A stretch of DNA of 33,601 nucleotides from an uncultured virus (IMG/VR IMGVR_UViG_3300035138_000088) (lineage: Duplodnaviria > Heunggongvirae > Uroviricota > Caudoviricetes): IMG/VR virus record IMGVR_UViG_3300035138_000088; one strand, 5' to 3'. Shown in pieces: positions 8,698 to 17,702 of the stretch. The notes under the pieces were generated by a model. It searched no databases. It was not told where the DNA came from and saw nothing but the letters and a program-made list of their open reading frames with translations. A program made the position numbers and the translations under genes. The first letter of the stretch is position 1, and every line of letters starts with the position of its first letter.

Positions 8698-9954
8698 CTA
8701 TAACTGTAACAACTCTTTCATCATGATTTTTTCAGGAGTAACTTCATTGAACAAGTTACGCCATTGAGGGACAATCTTCGTGTCATAATCGAATTCCCTT
8801 GCCCATTCGCGTCCTTGCTTGCCAAGCTCTTCTCTCTCGTCTGGGTTCTCGTAAAGCCTCAATATTGCTTCGGTAAACTTGGCTTCATTTACTAGTCCAG
8901 CGTCTACGCTTCTGCGTCTATCGTCCATTCTCATTCTTTTGTCTATCGGAACGAGAATGCTTCCTTTCTTGCATACTTCTGGGCAAGCTGAATAGTCAGT
9001 TATTGCTACTGGCATTCCTAAACTTAGTGCTTCTAAAGAGCATTTCCCGAAGCCTTCTCCAGATGTGGTAGAAAGATAAGCATCAGCCATTCTTGCTATC
9101 TCAAGCACGTCGTTAGGATTCTCTGGGACTTCCCACCATTTAGGCGTTCCAGTCAGTTGCTTGGGACTTATGATTGTTTCTCTTGGGACATTGTATTGTT
9201 TTATTAGGTCTTCTATGTCCCAACCAAGATTGTTTCCCATTTCCCAGTCAGTGTAAAGCAGAAGTTTCATCTTTTTGGTTTCTGGATGTGCATCTCTCCA
9301 TGCACGTAATAATGCATCTGTTCTTTTTCTGTGTTGTGCAACATCCCAGCTTATGAATAGAGTTGTATCCTCTGGGATTCTGTATTTTCTCCTGATTTTC
9401 TGTTTAAGTTGCTTGCTGTTAGCCCACCATTCCCAATTAACTCCGTGATGTATCATGGCTGGAGCTAAACCTTGTTTTACAAACTCCATTTGAGCCCATT
9501 CAGTCATAGAAACTAATACGTTCACTTGAGACAAATACTGCATCCAACTAGGCTTGAATGGAAGCCCATCTAGAGTACAATACATAAACAATGGGAAGTG
9601 AAGTTTAGCTTTCCAATCGAAAGGTGGAGAAACGTATCCAGCTATGTTTCTTGGGTCGCCCATGAAAAATACTATTTCGGGATTGTATTTCATATAGTGC
9701 TTTGGAAATGCGCTTGCACCGAAGTCGTGTGGGTCGCCTCTTGTTCCTACTACTCGTATTTCTCCGCCTTTATGTGGAATGTGCGGAAAAACAGAGTCTG
9801 GAATCACTACTGGGTAGCCTTGATTCGTTAATGCAAACCATGTTATGTCGAACTCGCCAGTTTGAGCTAAACGGTAAAAAATGTTTCCAGCTTCTGTACC
9901 AAAACCAGTTCCAGAAAAGGGTCCGTCGCTAATAATCATGATGCTAGTTTTCAT
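8698..9954 (-). CDS. GT4 glycosyltransferase
   Basis: SDGP..GTGFG, IHHGV, QHRKR, EX7E GEGFGKCSLEALSLGMP. Confidence 0.92.
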   Translation of the reverse strand: MKTSIMIISDGPFSGTGFGTEAGNIFYRLAQTGEFDITWFALTNQGYPVVIPDSVFPHIPHKGGEIRVVGTRGDPHDFGASAFPKHYMKYNPEIVFFMGDPRNIAGYVSPPFDWKAKLHFPLFMYCTLDGLPFKPSWMQYLSQVNVLVSMTEWAQMEFVKQGLAPAMIHHGVNWEWWANSKQLKQKIRRKYRIPEDTTLFISWDVAQHRKRTDALLRAWRDAHPETKKMKLLLYTDWEMGNNLGWDIEDLIKQYNVPRETIISPKQLTGTPKWWEVPENPNDVLEIARMADAYLSTTSGEGFGKCSLEALSLGMPVAITDYSACPEVCKKGSILVPIDKRMRMDDRRRSVDAGLVNEAKFTEAILRLYENPDEREELGKQGREWAREFDYDTKIVPQWRNLFNEVTPEKIMMKELLQL

Positions 9955-9990
9955 ATATAATATAACAACGACAATCTATTTAAGCATTTC
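9955..9990 (-). promoter_or_regulatory. Archaeal TATA promoter, probably leaderless, for the long left-hand operon
   Basis: Minus strand AAATGCTTAAATA..N..TTATATTATAT-ATG. Confidence 0.5.
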
Positions 9991-9991
9991 G

Positions 9992-10486
9992 CTATGCATC
10001 TATACGTTTTACTGTCATCATGCCTTCCACGATAACTCTGCAAACCTTTCTTCTTTTGCTACGCTGTGGGTCTGATTCTCTTGCAGTTAAGTCAGAAACA
10101 TCAACTATTTGATAGCTGGTATGGGGAGAACCATTCCAATCTCTTGAATTTAAATACGTCATGATTTTGTCTGCAAGGTCGTGGGCATATTTGTATTTTT
10201 CTTCTCCGCTTTCAGTACACGCCGATGCGAAACAATGAGCTGAAAATGAGTAGAGAGCCATATCTCCAGCTTCTGGTATTAATCTGCTGTAAACCGCATC
10301 CCAAATTTGGGCTGGTCCGAGTCTAACGGTAACGGCTGGAAGTTTTGGTCCAGTCTTTGGACCGTAAATGCTTTCTTGAGCTAAATACCAATCTCCATAA
10401 ACATGTGCCACTGGTTCGGCTTCTTGAATTAGAGCTATAAGTCTCTTTTTTGTTTCGTTTATTCCACCAGTTGGTACACTAGCCAT
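9992..10486 (-). CDS. Putative tail terminator/completion protein (SPP1 gp17/lambda U-like)
   Basis: Size, position after the adaptor, LPAVTV motif, helix LADKIMTYL, terminal beta strand. Confidence 0.55.
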   Translation of the reverse strand: MASVPTGGINETKKRLIALIQEAEPVAHVYGDWYLAQESIYGPKTGPKLPAVTVRLGPAQIWDAVYSRLIPEAGDMALYSFSAHCFASACTESGEEKYKYAHDLADKIMTYLNSRDWNGSPHTSYQIVDVSDLTARESDPQRSKRRKVCRVIVEGMMTVKRIDA

Positions 10487-10492
10487 TTAAAA

Positions 10493-11611
10493 TCATCCCG
10501 TTATTGGTGCTCCAGACCATCCGTAACCATATTTTCTCAAGTCAGCTTTTGCGGCGGCTTCTAAGCTACCTTTCTTTGCATACAAAGCCTCTTTATCTGG
10601 AATTAAATCTAAGTCTTCGCTTTCGTAAGTAACAAAGGATTCTCGTACGCCAATCAAATGTTCCACAACTTTTGCGGCGGCGAATCTCTTTGTTGCAGAA
10701 TTTATTAGTTTCGGAACTGAAGCCTTGAATGGGTCGTAAGTGTACGTCACCATGAATTGGAATCCGTCTGGGGCTGGCTCATCAACGCTTCTGTGCATGA
10801 TTAGAAGTTTTCCAGATGGAGCAGTAAAGCACCAATCATCGTTGAAATTAAGATTGTCAGCGTATAACGTACATGCTTTGTCAACTGAGATTGTTAGATA
10901 CATCAAGTTTGTATCATCCCAATTTATAGTCGAAGTGAAATCTTCGTCTAAATCAAGCATTGCCTTGTACCAGTGATTAGCTTTAGTGATTAGGAAAGTG
11001 GCTTCATTGTAGTTTCCGTCGGCATCATAAAGCCGTATAGTTACAGTTACGTTTGCAACGCTTGCGCGTAAACGTAGAAACATGAATGAAAATATGTCTA
11101 TGTTTTCGTCTATGTATTCGTCGCTTGAAACGTCTGGGTAACGGGCTGTTCCAGCACCACCAGACCAGTCAAACTTCATAGAAACGTCTCCAGCTTTCAC
11201 GATTGTTGATTCATCTGAAGGCTGAGTGTAACCTGTGCTATCCCAAAGGCTGTAATCGTCTGTTGGTGTGTCACAGTCTTTCGGGAATGGAAGCTTCTTT
11301 TTTCTTCCCTCAAAGAAGCATGCCTTTACAAGTTCAATGCAATTTGTAACTGTTATACTATTGACGAATAATTCATCATCGTCGCCCAAATCAAATTCGT
11401 CATCTTCTCCAGTTCCCCTATGAACCTCAAACGCCATCACTGATGGAATATCAACTGCTTCTTTCACGTAACCTTCAGCTTCAAGAAGATAGTCGTTAAT
11501 GAGGTCTTCTAGCTCATCGTCATCCATTTCAAGTATTCTTTTTAACGCATCTGCGGCAAACCCAGAGGCATTATAAACATCAGTAGGTGTAGCATAAGTT
11601 GGAGTTGACAT
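10493..11611 (-). CDS. Head-tail adaptor (HK97 gp6/SPP1 gp15-like) with an inserted CBM-like domain
   Basis: N-terminal YATPTDV...LINDYLLEAE, C-terminal VTYTY..VPKLINSATKRFAA; lies immediately downstream of the MCP. Confidence 0.65.
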   Translation of the reverse strand: MSTPTYATPTDVYNASGFAADALKRILEMDDDELEDLINDYLLEAEGYVKEAVDIPSVMAFEVHRGTGEDDEFDLGDDDELFVNSITVTNCIELVKACFFEGRKKKLPFPKDCDTPTDDYSLWDSTGYTQPSDESTIVKAGDVSMKFDWSGGAGTARYPDVSSDEYIDENIDIFSFMFLRLRASVANVTVTIRLYDADGNYNEATFLITKANHWYKAMLDLDEDFTSTINWDDTNLMYLTISVDKACTLYADNLNFNDDWCFTAPSGKLLIMHRSVDEPAPDGFQFMVTYTYDPFKASVPKLINSATKRFAAAKVVEHLIGVRESFVTYESEDLDLIPDKEALYAKKGSLEAAAKADLRKYGYGWSGAPITG

Positions 11612-11663
11612 AGTATCCACTTCTACTAATTAATATGGTTTGCCATGCTTATATGTTTTATTT

Positions 11664-11694
11664 AAAAAAGAAAAAATAGGGGAGTTATTACTCC
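11664..11694 (-). terminator. Hairpin plus U-tract terminator after the MCP gene
   Basis: Minus strand GGAGT-AATA-ACTCC followed by CCTA and a long T-rich tract. Confidence 0.55.
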
Positions 11695-11722
11695 GTGCGT
11701 CATTGATGCTAAGTTAAAAACC

Positions 11723-12712
11723 TTAGCAGTTTGAGATGAGTCCGATGCCCTTTGTTTCTACAGCTTTAACACCGTATCTGCAAGATAGAAGCCATACGTC
11801 TCTTCCGTAGTCTTCGTCACGCCATGATTCAGCTTTCATGTGTCGCTTCCAAGCAAAGATTGCCGCTGGACCGTTAGGATGAGTTGGTGGAATTACGACC
11901 ATAGCGAAGCTATCTCTCTGAACTTCTGTAACCATCGGGATACAGTTTGCGTACACTGGGAATAGACTTGTAATTGGCTGTGCTCCTCTTGTTCTGTCCA
12001 TGTCACGTACTTGCGCGTAGCTTGTACCCGCTGTAGGACCTAGCTCTTTGATTAGGTCGCCTTCCTGTTCAGGGTTGATGAACAGTAAGAATGGTTGTCC
12101 CTTGAAGTAGTAAGAGTCTTCTGATAGCAAAGTTTTAACGTCAACGATGTCGTTGTAGCTCAAGACACCAGCAGTTGCCGCCGCTTGAACGTTTGCACCT
12201 GTAACAGCACCAGTGTATAATGCTGATTCAATGTCGCTTTCTACTTTGTAAGCTACAGATTCTCCAATTTTCTGAAGTGATGCTCTAACCCAGCCTAGTG
12301 ATGGAGAGTCTTCACGTAGGATGTCTGAGATTTTTGTAGCGTTGTAAACAACGTCACCTATGTAGATTTCTACTTCTGAAGGAGTGATTTTAGTCTTTGT
12401 AAAACCGTTCTGGTCAATGTCGTTTTCAGATGCAGTTTGGGCAGTAAATTCGTCTCTGTCCAAGACAGGAACGTAGATTTTGTTTCCAGCCACACCGATT
12501 AGGTCATTAGATACTTCAACAGCCCTCATGTAAACCTGTCTTCGGGAAGCACCAAGCAAGATTTCACGCCATATCAAGTAAGGAATAAGATGTAACGAGC
12601 CACCTTCTCCAGCTCCTGAAGTGCCGATGTCCTCTGCTCCTAAAGTCTCTGAAGTCATACCGCTTGCTTCTTGGTAGATAAGTTGTTTTGCTTCATTAAA
12701 TTCTACTGGCAA
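11723..12712 (-). CDS. Major capsid protein, HK97 fold
   Basis: 329 aa; LIPYLIWREI, GNKIYVP, KISDILREDS, LFINPEQEGDL, RYGVKAV. TTG start with GAGGT RBS. Confidence 0.85.
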   Translation of the reverse strand: MPVEFNEAKQLIYQEASGMTSETLGAEDIGTSGAGEGGSLHLIPYLIWREILLGASRRQVYMRAVEVSNDLIGVAGNKIYVPVLDRDEFTAQTASENDIDQNGFTKTKITPSEVEIYIGDVVYNATKISDILREDSPSLGWVRASLQKIGESVAYKVESDIESALYTGAVTGANVQAAATAGVLSYNDIVDVKTLLSEDSYYFKGQPFLLFINPEQEGDLIKELGPTAGTSYAQVRDMDRTRGAQPITSLFPVYANCIPMVTEVQRDSFAMVVIPPTHPNGPAAIFAWKRHMKAESWRDEDYGRDVWLLSCRYGVKAVETKGIGLISNC

Positions 12713-12730
12713 TTTTCATACCTCTTTATG

Positions 12731-12783
12731 TAATATATAAAGGTTTCGTTTGTATATAAGCTTCATCCATAAAAAAAATGTGA
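12731..12783 (-). promoter_or_regulatory. MCP promoter (TATA, CCTTTATATATTA element and upstream TCACA-Tn-TGGA box)
   Basis: AAGCTTATATA box; elements shared with 18083-18095 and 29771-29797. Confidence 0.6.
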
Positions 12784-12888
12784 ATTAAAGCACTTTTCAT
12801 TAAAATCTACAATTTTTGCCGATTCTTAGCACGAAATGTTAATATAAGATTTTCGACTATTAGATTATATATAAAAAGGGAAATTAAA

Positions 12889-13794
12889 ATGCCAGAAGAA
12901 AAAGACAAGAAACCTGAAACCGACGGCGATGGTGGAGAACCCGCTGAACCAGTTGAAGGAAGCGTAAAAACAATCCGCGTGGAACATGTTTTCAAAGATG
13001 AGAAAACTCCAGAACCTAAACCCGACCCCAAACCTGACCCCAAGCCAGACCCTAAACCAGACCCAAAACCTGACCCTAAACCTGAAGATGATAAGAATGG
13101 GGACAAAGGTAGCAAAGATAAAACTCCAGAACCTAAACCCGAACCTAAGCCAGACCCTAAGCCAGAAGACGACAAACCTGAAGACATACAAAAACTAAAG
13201 GATGAACTCGAACAGCGAAATGCCCAACTAGCGGCACTTGCTCTGAAAGAGTTCGAAACAGAGAAAACAAAGATTCTCGATACTGTAACTGACGAGAAGA
13301 AAAAGAAAGCAGTTGAAGACTTTATCGGCAACGACCCTAAAAAACTCGACCAAGTGAAATTTATGACAAACATTCTGGGAGAAGCTTTAGCTCAAGGCGG
13401 AGTCACAGTAACTGGTCAAGAAAACAACGGCGAAAGCGGCGACGGTGACGACGATGACGGTGATAATGATGGTGAAACACCACCACCTAAAGGTAAAGCC
13501 AAAAAAGCTCCAGCACCTAAATCGAAAGGCAAAACTGATGACCTAAAAGGCATCATTGATGAAATCTACAATGTAATTGCTGACCCTTCAAAAAGCGAAG
13601 CAGAAAAGGCAGTAGCTGAAAAGAAAGCAAACGAACTTTACGGAGAATTCATGAGGGGAAGCAAAGAAAGCAACAGAATCGTCAAAATAAAAGTTCTAAA
13701 CTGTCCAGCTTGCGGAGCAGTCATGGAAGGCAACACATGCGCGACTTGCGGTTACACAGTGCCTAGATGGGAACAGAAACCACCCAAACTGTAA
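12889..13794 (+). CDS. Acidic Pro/Lys-repeat coiled-coil protein with a C-terminal Zn ribbon (possible scaffold)
   Basis: PKPD repeats, coiled coil IQKLKDELEQRNAQL, poly-D/G stretch, CPACG..CATCG; divergent from the MCP. Confidence 0.5.
   Translation: MPEEKDKKPETDGDGGEPAEPVEGSVKTIRVEHVFKDEKTPEPKPDPKPDPKPDPKPDPKPDPKPEDDKNGDKGSKDKTPEPKPEPKPDPKPEDDKPEDIQKLKDELEQRNAQLAALALKEFETEKTKILDTVTDEKKKKAVEDFIGNDPKKLDQVKFMTNILGEALAQGGVTVTGQENNGESGDGDDDDGDNDGETPPPKGKAKKAPAPKSKGKTDDLKGIIDEIYNVIADPSKSEAEKAVAEKKANELYGEFMRGSKESNRIVKIKVLNCPACGAVMEGNTCATCGYTVPRWEQKPPKL
13003..13176 (+). repeat. Coding 12-bp tandem repeats (PKPD/PEPK) in two duplicated blocks
   Basis: KTPEPKP(DPKP)nEDDK occurs twice; units such as CCTAAACCAGAC with third-position variation. 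Confidence 0.9.
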
Positions 13795-13805
13795 GGTGAA
13801 AAGAA

Positions 13806-14213
13806 ATGGGAAACAAAGATGAAACAGACCCTCTTCGTGACATGACAAAACACGGATGGCGCAAAGCTCTTACATGGCAAGACATCAAACAGCGACCTAA
13901 CGGTTCATGGACTCTATCAGAAGTTGACTTTGATACAAAAGCTCTCCATTGCGAAGGATGCGGCACTAATGAGTATTTGTGGGTAGTCCCTCAAAGAGCT
14001 GGTGTCTTCCTCGCATGTGTAATGTGTGAAACAGTAGACGGTCCTATATCAATGGAATTCGGAGACTTGATTTCAACACGACAAGCAACACCACTTGAAG
14101 TTCTACAAATCCTCGAACAGAGAGGACTAGAAGTTCCAAGAAGCCTAAGAAAAGCTGTCGGTAAGAGAATAAGCAGAGTTAGACGTGGCGCACGTCCGAA
14201 AGACAAATTCTAA
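13806..14213 (+). CDS. Zn-finger protein upstream of TerL
   Basis: HCEGC...CVMC, basic C-terminus; GGTGA RBS. Confidence 0.65.
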   Translation: MGNKDETDPLRDMTKHGWRKALTWQDIKQRPNGSWTLSEVDFDTKALHCEGCGTNEYLWVVPQRAGVFLACVMCETVDGPISMEFGDLISTRQATPLEVLQILEQRGLEVPRSLRKAVGKRISRVRRGARPKDKF

Positions 14214-14263
14214 AAAATTTCCACCTTTCTTTTTTTGTTTAACCCCATAGGTGGGGAAAAGGT

Positions 14264-16000
14264 ATGGTTAGAGAAGATGCTGAGAGTATATATCGGAAAA
14301 AGAAATCCGTAAAGAAGGATGACCTAGCTGATTTTAGGAAGAAAGTTCGTGAAAAAGGTCCTATATGGTTCGCAGAAAATTATCTAAGATGTCCACCTAA
14401 CGTACCATCATACCCAAACTGGGAAGCACTCCAAGAAGAATATTATTGTGAAGGATGCGAAAAGGTCCACAAAAAATTCCTAGACAATGGAATCCCGTAC
14501 CACGTTATATTATCTGAAGGTCAAAAAGAAACCTTCATTGATGCATGGTTAAACGGAGTAAGACTGATTCTTGTTTCCGCTGGACGTGGTGCTGGAAAAA
14601 CTTTCGGTCTAGCAGTATGGGACTGCTGGAGATTAGTCGCATTCGATTATTATGAAATTACCTGTATGGGTGGGTCTGCTGAACAGTCAAAGAAAATCCA
14701 GAAATATATAGACTTCTGGAGAATAAACAACGATAAAATCGGCAGAATAATTCATAGAAGCCCTAAAGCTATGGGTAATAGACGATGCATAACAATAACG
14801 AATTCAGAATGTAGCTTTATTGCTTGTTCACCAACAGCCGCTATGGGAGCACACGTAGACGAAGTACAGATAGACGAAGCTTGCGCGGCTGAATCCAAAG
14901 GACAAGAAGGCAGAGAAGCTATAGAAGCAGTTGACTGGCAAACAACTGGAAGACGAGACAGTATGATTTGGATGACTTCAACAAGCCACTTCTTGTTGGG
15001 ACGATTCAATGAAATATTATCTAATCCAAAGAAATTCGGATTCAAAACTTACATCTGGGGTATCGCTAAACATATAAGCGGTAAAGCACCAAATAAGATG
15101 TATGAAGATTCTAACCCAAAACACTGGGTTCCAGCATTATGGTGGATGACTGAAGAGGAAATCCGCAAGAAACGCAAAGCGAAAAGCAATGAAGAGTGGC
15201 TATGCTGGGCTCTTGGTTATCCATCTTTGGCATCTGGTCAATTATACAAACAGGACGATATGAAAATCATAACGTGTGATATTTGTGAACGGCAAGGCAA
15301 AGATTGCAGACCATATGAGTGGGGTCATTGTGTACTCATAGAAAGATTTCAACTAGGAGACGAAAAGGACACAATAAAGAATGTCAGAGAAAGGAAAGCT
15401 GGATTCGATTACGGCGACCCCGCACCATGCGCGTTGGTAGTCGGCGGTAGAAGAATAAAGCTAGAAGGAGAAAACAAAGGAAAACCAATAATCTTTGTAC
15501 TATACGCTGATGAACAGAAAGGTTTAGCATCGGCTGAACTCTATGATTGGATAACTGGAAAACTTGAGTTATATAAAGTTGAGGAATTCAACCCAGACCC
15601 GAGCATAGGCGGTAAACATGCCAGCGAAAAGGTTGATGAAGCTGGATTCGCAGTTAACATATTAGATGAACAAGCAAAAGAGGAGAGAGTTCTCAATTCC
15701 AAAGTTATAGTTGAAAGACATGCAGTTGTAATTCCAGTAGCCTTCTATAAATTATTAACTTCAATGAAGCAAGCCCACAGAGACCAGAGAGGGAAAATAG
15801 TCAAATATAACGACCACTCATTTGACGCATTCTGTTACCTTTGTTGTGACTGGGGCGACATGGAAGCCAACGTTCAAGACGTATTCGATGCGGTACTAGA
15901 AGAGTTGGGCTTAAAAACTAAAGATGGAAACGATAGAAGAGTTGAAGCTGGCGGGTACGTATTAGACATTCCAAAAGGCGGACTTAATTTTTGGGATTAG
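14264..16000 (+). CDS. terL: Terminase large subunit
   Basis: Walker A AGRGAGKT, Walker B VQIDEA, TST coupling motif, RNase H-like AGFDYG, PDPS, NDHSFDAFCY. Confidence 0.9.
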   Translation: MVREDAESIYRKKKSVKKDDLADFRKKVREKGPIWFAENYLRCPPNVPSYPNWEALQEEYYCEGCEKVHKKFLDNGIPYHVILSEGQKETFIDAWLNGVRLILVSAGRGAGKTFGLAVWDCWRLVAFDYYEITCMGGSAEQSKKIQKYIDFWRINNDKIGRIIHRSPKAMGNRRCITITNSECSFIACSPTAAMGAHVDEVQIDEACAAESKGQEGREAIEAVDWQTTGRRDSMIWMTSTSHFLLGRFNEILSNPKKFGFKTYIWGIAKHISGKAPNKMYEDSNPKHWVPALWWMTEEEIRKKRKAKSNEEWLCWALGYPSLASGQLYKQDDMKIITCDICERQGKDCRPYEWGHCVLIERFQLGDEKDTIKNVRERKAGFDYGDPAPCALVVGGRRIKLEGENKGKPIIFVLYADEQKGLASAELYDWITGKLELYKVEEFNPDPSIGGKHASEKVDEAGFAVNILDEQAKEERVLNSKVIVERHAVVIPVAFYKLLTSMKQAHRDQRGKIVKYNDHSFDAFCYLCCDWGDMEANVQDVFDAVLEELGLKTKDGNDRRVEAGGYVLDIPKGGLNFWD

Positions 16001-16262
16001 CCTTCTTTTCCTTTTCCATTAACTCATTCTCTTTTTCGCTCATAAACACGAATAGCTTCCAACGCATATTCTTAACGAAATCCAACTTACTCAAATAATC
16101 TTCGGATTCCATATACTGTTGGAGAACGTGTTCCAAAGCTTTACCTATAGCCCCACGTTTAGGGTCGTCGGCTTCTAAATCAAGAAATGCTGGCGAAATA
16201 TCTTCCAATATCCTGTATAGGCGACGTGGAAGATAAACAACTAATCGGGTCTTTTTCTTCAA
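15984..16262 (-). CDS. Ribbon-helix-helix-like regulator
   Basis: KKTRLVVYLPRRLYRILE strand-helix pattern; 17-bp convergent overlap with terL. Confidence 0.5.
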   Translation of the reverse strand: MKKKTRLVVYLPRRLYRILEDISPAFLDLEADDPKRGAIGKALEHVLQQYMESEDYLSKLDFVKNMRWKLFVFMSEKENELMEKEKKANPKN

Positions 16263-16960
16263 GATTTACGATACTTCCAAGGATTGTGCATTACATCTTC
16301 GATGACTAATGCTATATCCCTAGCGACAGCCATATTTAAAACTTTTGATTCTACTTCAGCCAGAATCATTGCCGCTTCGTTGAATGGCTCTTCGACTACC
16401 CGAAGAATAGCAGACTCATCACTTGTAGATGTTCCGAAGTTTCGAGTTAACATCACTGACTCGTTTATTTCTATGACTTTGTGCATTTTTGCACTTGGGA
16501 ATCCAGCTCCATCGGGGTTATTTGGAAGAAGTTGAAGATGTGTACAGACAGCGTTATGTAGTTTAGTGAAGACTTTCTTGCCTTTTCGGACCAATTCGGC
16601 AAATTCTGCTACTCCACCTACAGAAAAAAGGAACTTCGCTCCCTTCTTAAGCTGTGAAATGATACCTTTGTCTGTGAAACTCACTATTCCCTTTATTTTA
16701 TGTCCTTCTTGCCACGCATTAGAAACAGTACCTATAGCTGGATTCTGAAGAATGTGTTTTCCAAGCCAGTCAGCTCCGAATCTTACAGTTTTCCCAATGA
16801 GAGACTTTGCTATTTTAGCTCCCTCTACGAATCTGTAGATTCTGCCGTTCTGAGAAGGTTTCTCTAGTTCCATGAAAGTTCCGAAAACCTTCGCTCCCTT
16901 CTTGTTTGCTTCTTGAAACACCACGTCGGTTGTAATGTAAATGAACGAATGATATGTCAT
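16259..16960 (-). CDS. Prohead protease (T4 gp21/U9-like)
   Basis: VFGTFMELEKPSQNGRIY resembles gp21 GIFMQAE..NRN.R.Y; candidate catalytic His (GKHI) and Ser (FSVGG). Confidence 0.75.
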   Translation of the reverse strand: MTYHSFIYITTDVVFQEANKKGAKVFGTFMELEKPSQNGRIYRFVEGAKIAKSLIGKTVRFGADWLGKHILQNPAIGTVSNAWQEGHKIKGIVSFTDKGIISQLKKGAKFLFSVGGVAEFAELVRKGKKVFTKLHNAVCTHLQLLPNNPDGAGFPSAKMHKVIEINESVMLTRNFGTSTSDESAILRVVEEPFNEAAMILAEVESKVLNMAVARDIALVIEDVMHNPWKYRKS

Positions 16961-16962
16961 TT

Positions 16963-17427
16963 TTAATTCTCCATTTTCTTTATTTCTTCATTAATTATTC
17001 CGAGAACAGACTCTACTGCTGTCTTTCGTTCCCTGATTAATGCTTCGTTTTGAGCCTTTTTCTCGTTGAATGGACGTAACTTATCTTTCCAGTATTCCTT
17101 AACGGCTGGTGCAGTTACAGGGGATTCAATTAACTTGTTTGCTATTTCTACCCATGATGGGTCACCATCGTCTAATGGTGCTTGAATGTAAGCTTCAGTA
17201 AACCATTGAATAAGAACGTCTCTGGATTCTTCTGTTTGTTTAGGTCTAGGTTTAGTTTCGCTTGCGCCCATTTTGTTTATGGTTGCGAAAAATACGGACC
17301 ATCCCTTTTTGCTCATGCAAACTTTGGAACCATCAGAAAAATCGCGGCAGACTGTAGGCTGACCTTTCTTTGTATAGGTAGACTTCATACCTTTAGCCAT
17401 AGACTTCCAACTTGTGTGTATGGGCAT
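16963..17427 (-). CDS. Putative internal head/core protein
   Basis: Basic N-domain (MKSTY..KKGWSVFFATINK), then LIQWF and several x-x-E-A/S sites; co-transcribed with the protease. Confidence 0.55.
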   Translation of the reverse strand: MPIHTSWKSMAKGMKSTYTKKGQPTVCRDFSDGSKVCMSKKGWSVFFATINKMGASETKPRPKQTEESRDVLIQWFTEAYIQAPLDDGDPSWVEIANKLIESPVTAPAVKEYWKDKLRPFNEKKAQNEALIRERKTAVESVLGIINEEIKKMEN

Positions 17428-17454
17428 ATTGAATCACCCTTTTATTTGAACTGG

Positions 17455-17700
17455 TTACTTCTGTTGAAACCATGCAACGATTCTGTCCATATCTTCAGGA
17501 GATATTTCTTTTGCTTCCGCGAACGTTTTCGCTAATTCTACACCAATGATTTTCTTGTCCACTAATATGCGAACAAGCAATCTCAATTTGCTCCGCATTG
17601 CACGTAAGTCTTCGTTTACGTAGTCTATCCTTTTATGGACCCAATCCAAATCGCTTTTGGTTACAGAGGGAACAGTTGCTTTTTCTGCTTCCATTGCCAT
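17455..17700 (-). CDS. Putative internal head protein (coiled coil)
   Basis: FAEA site and C-terminal IVAWF. Confidence 0.55.
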   Translation of the reverse strand: MAMEAEKATVPSVTKSDLDWVHKRIDYVNEDLRAMRSKLRLLVRILVDKKIIGVELAKTFAEAKEISPEDMDRIVAWFQQK

Positions 17701-17702
17701 GT

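Noticed and set aside
12696..12719. ATG mini-ORF (MKIASRI) overlapping the MCP TTG start
   Set aside because: The ATG abuts the GAGGT RBS with no spacer, so initiation there is unlikely; TTG has normal spacing
13003..13176. Tandem repeats as a CRISPR array or DGR
   Set aside because: Units are in-frame 12-mers varying at synonymous positions; no spacers and no reverse transcriptase
12807..13373. 188-aa and 108-aa minus-strand ORFs with GLGSG/FRFW repeats
   Set aside because: Antisense shadows of the PKPD repeat gene
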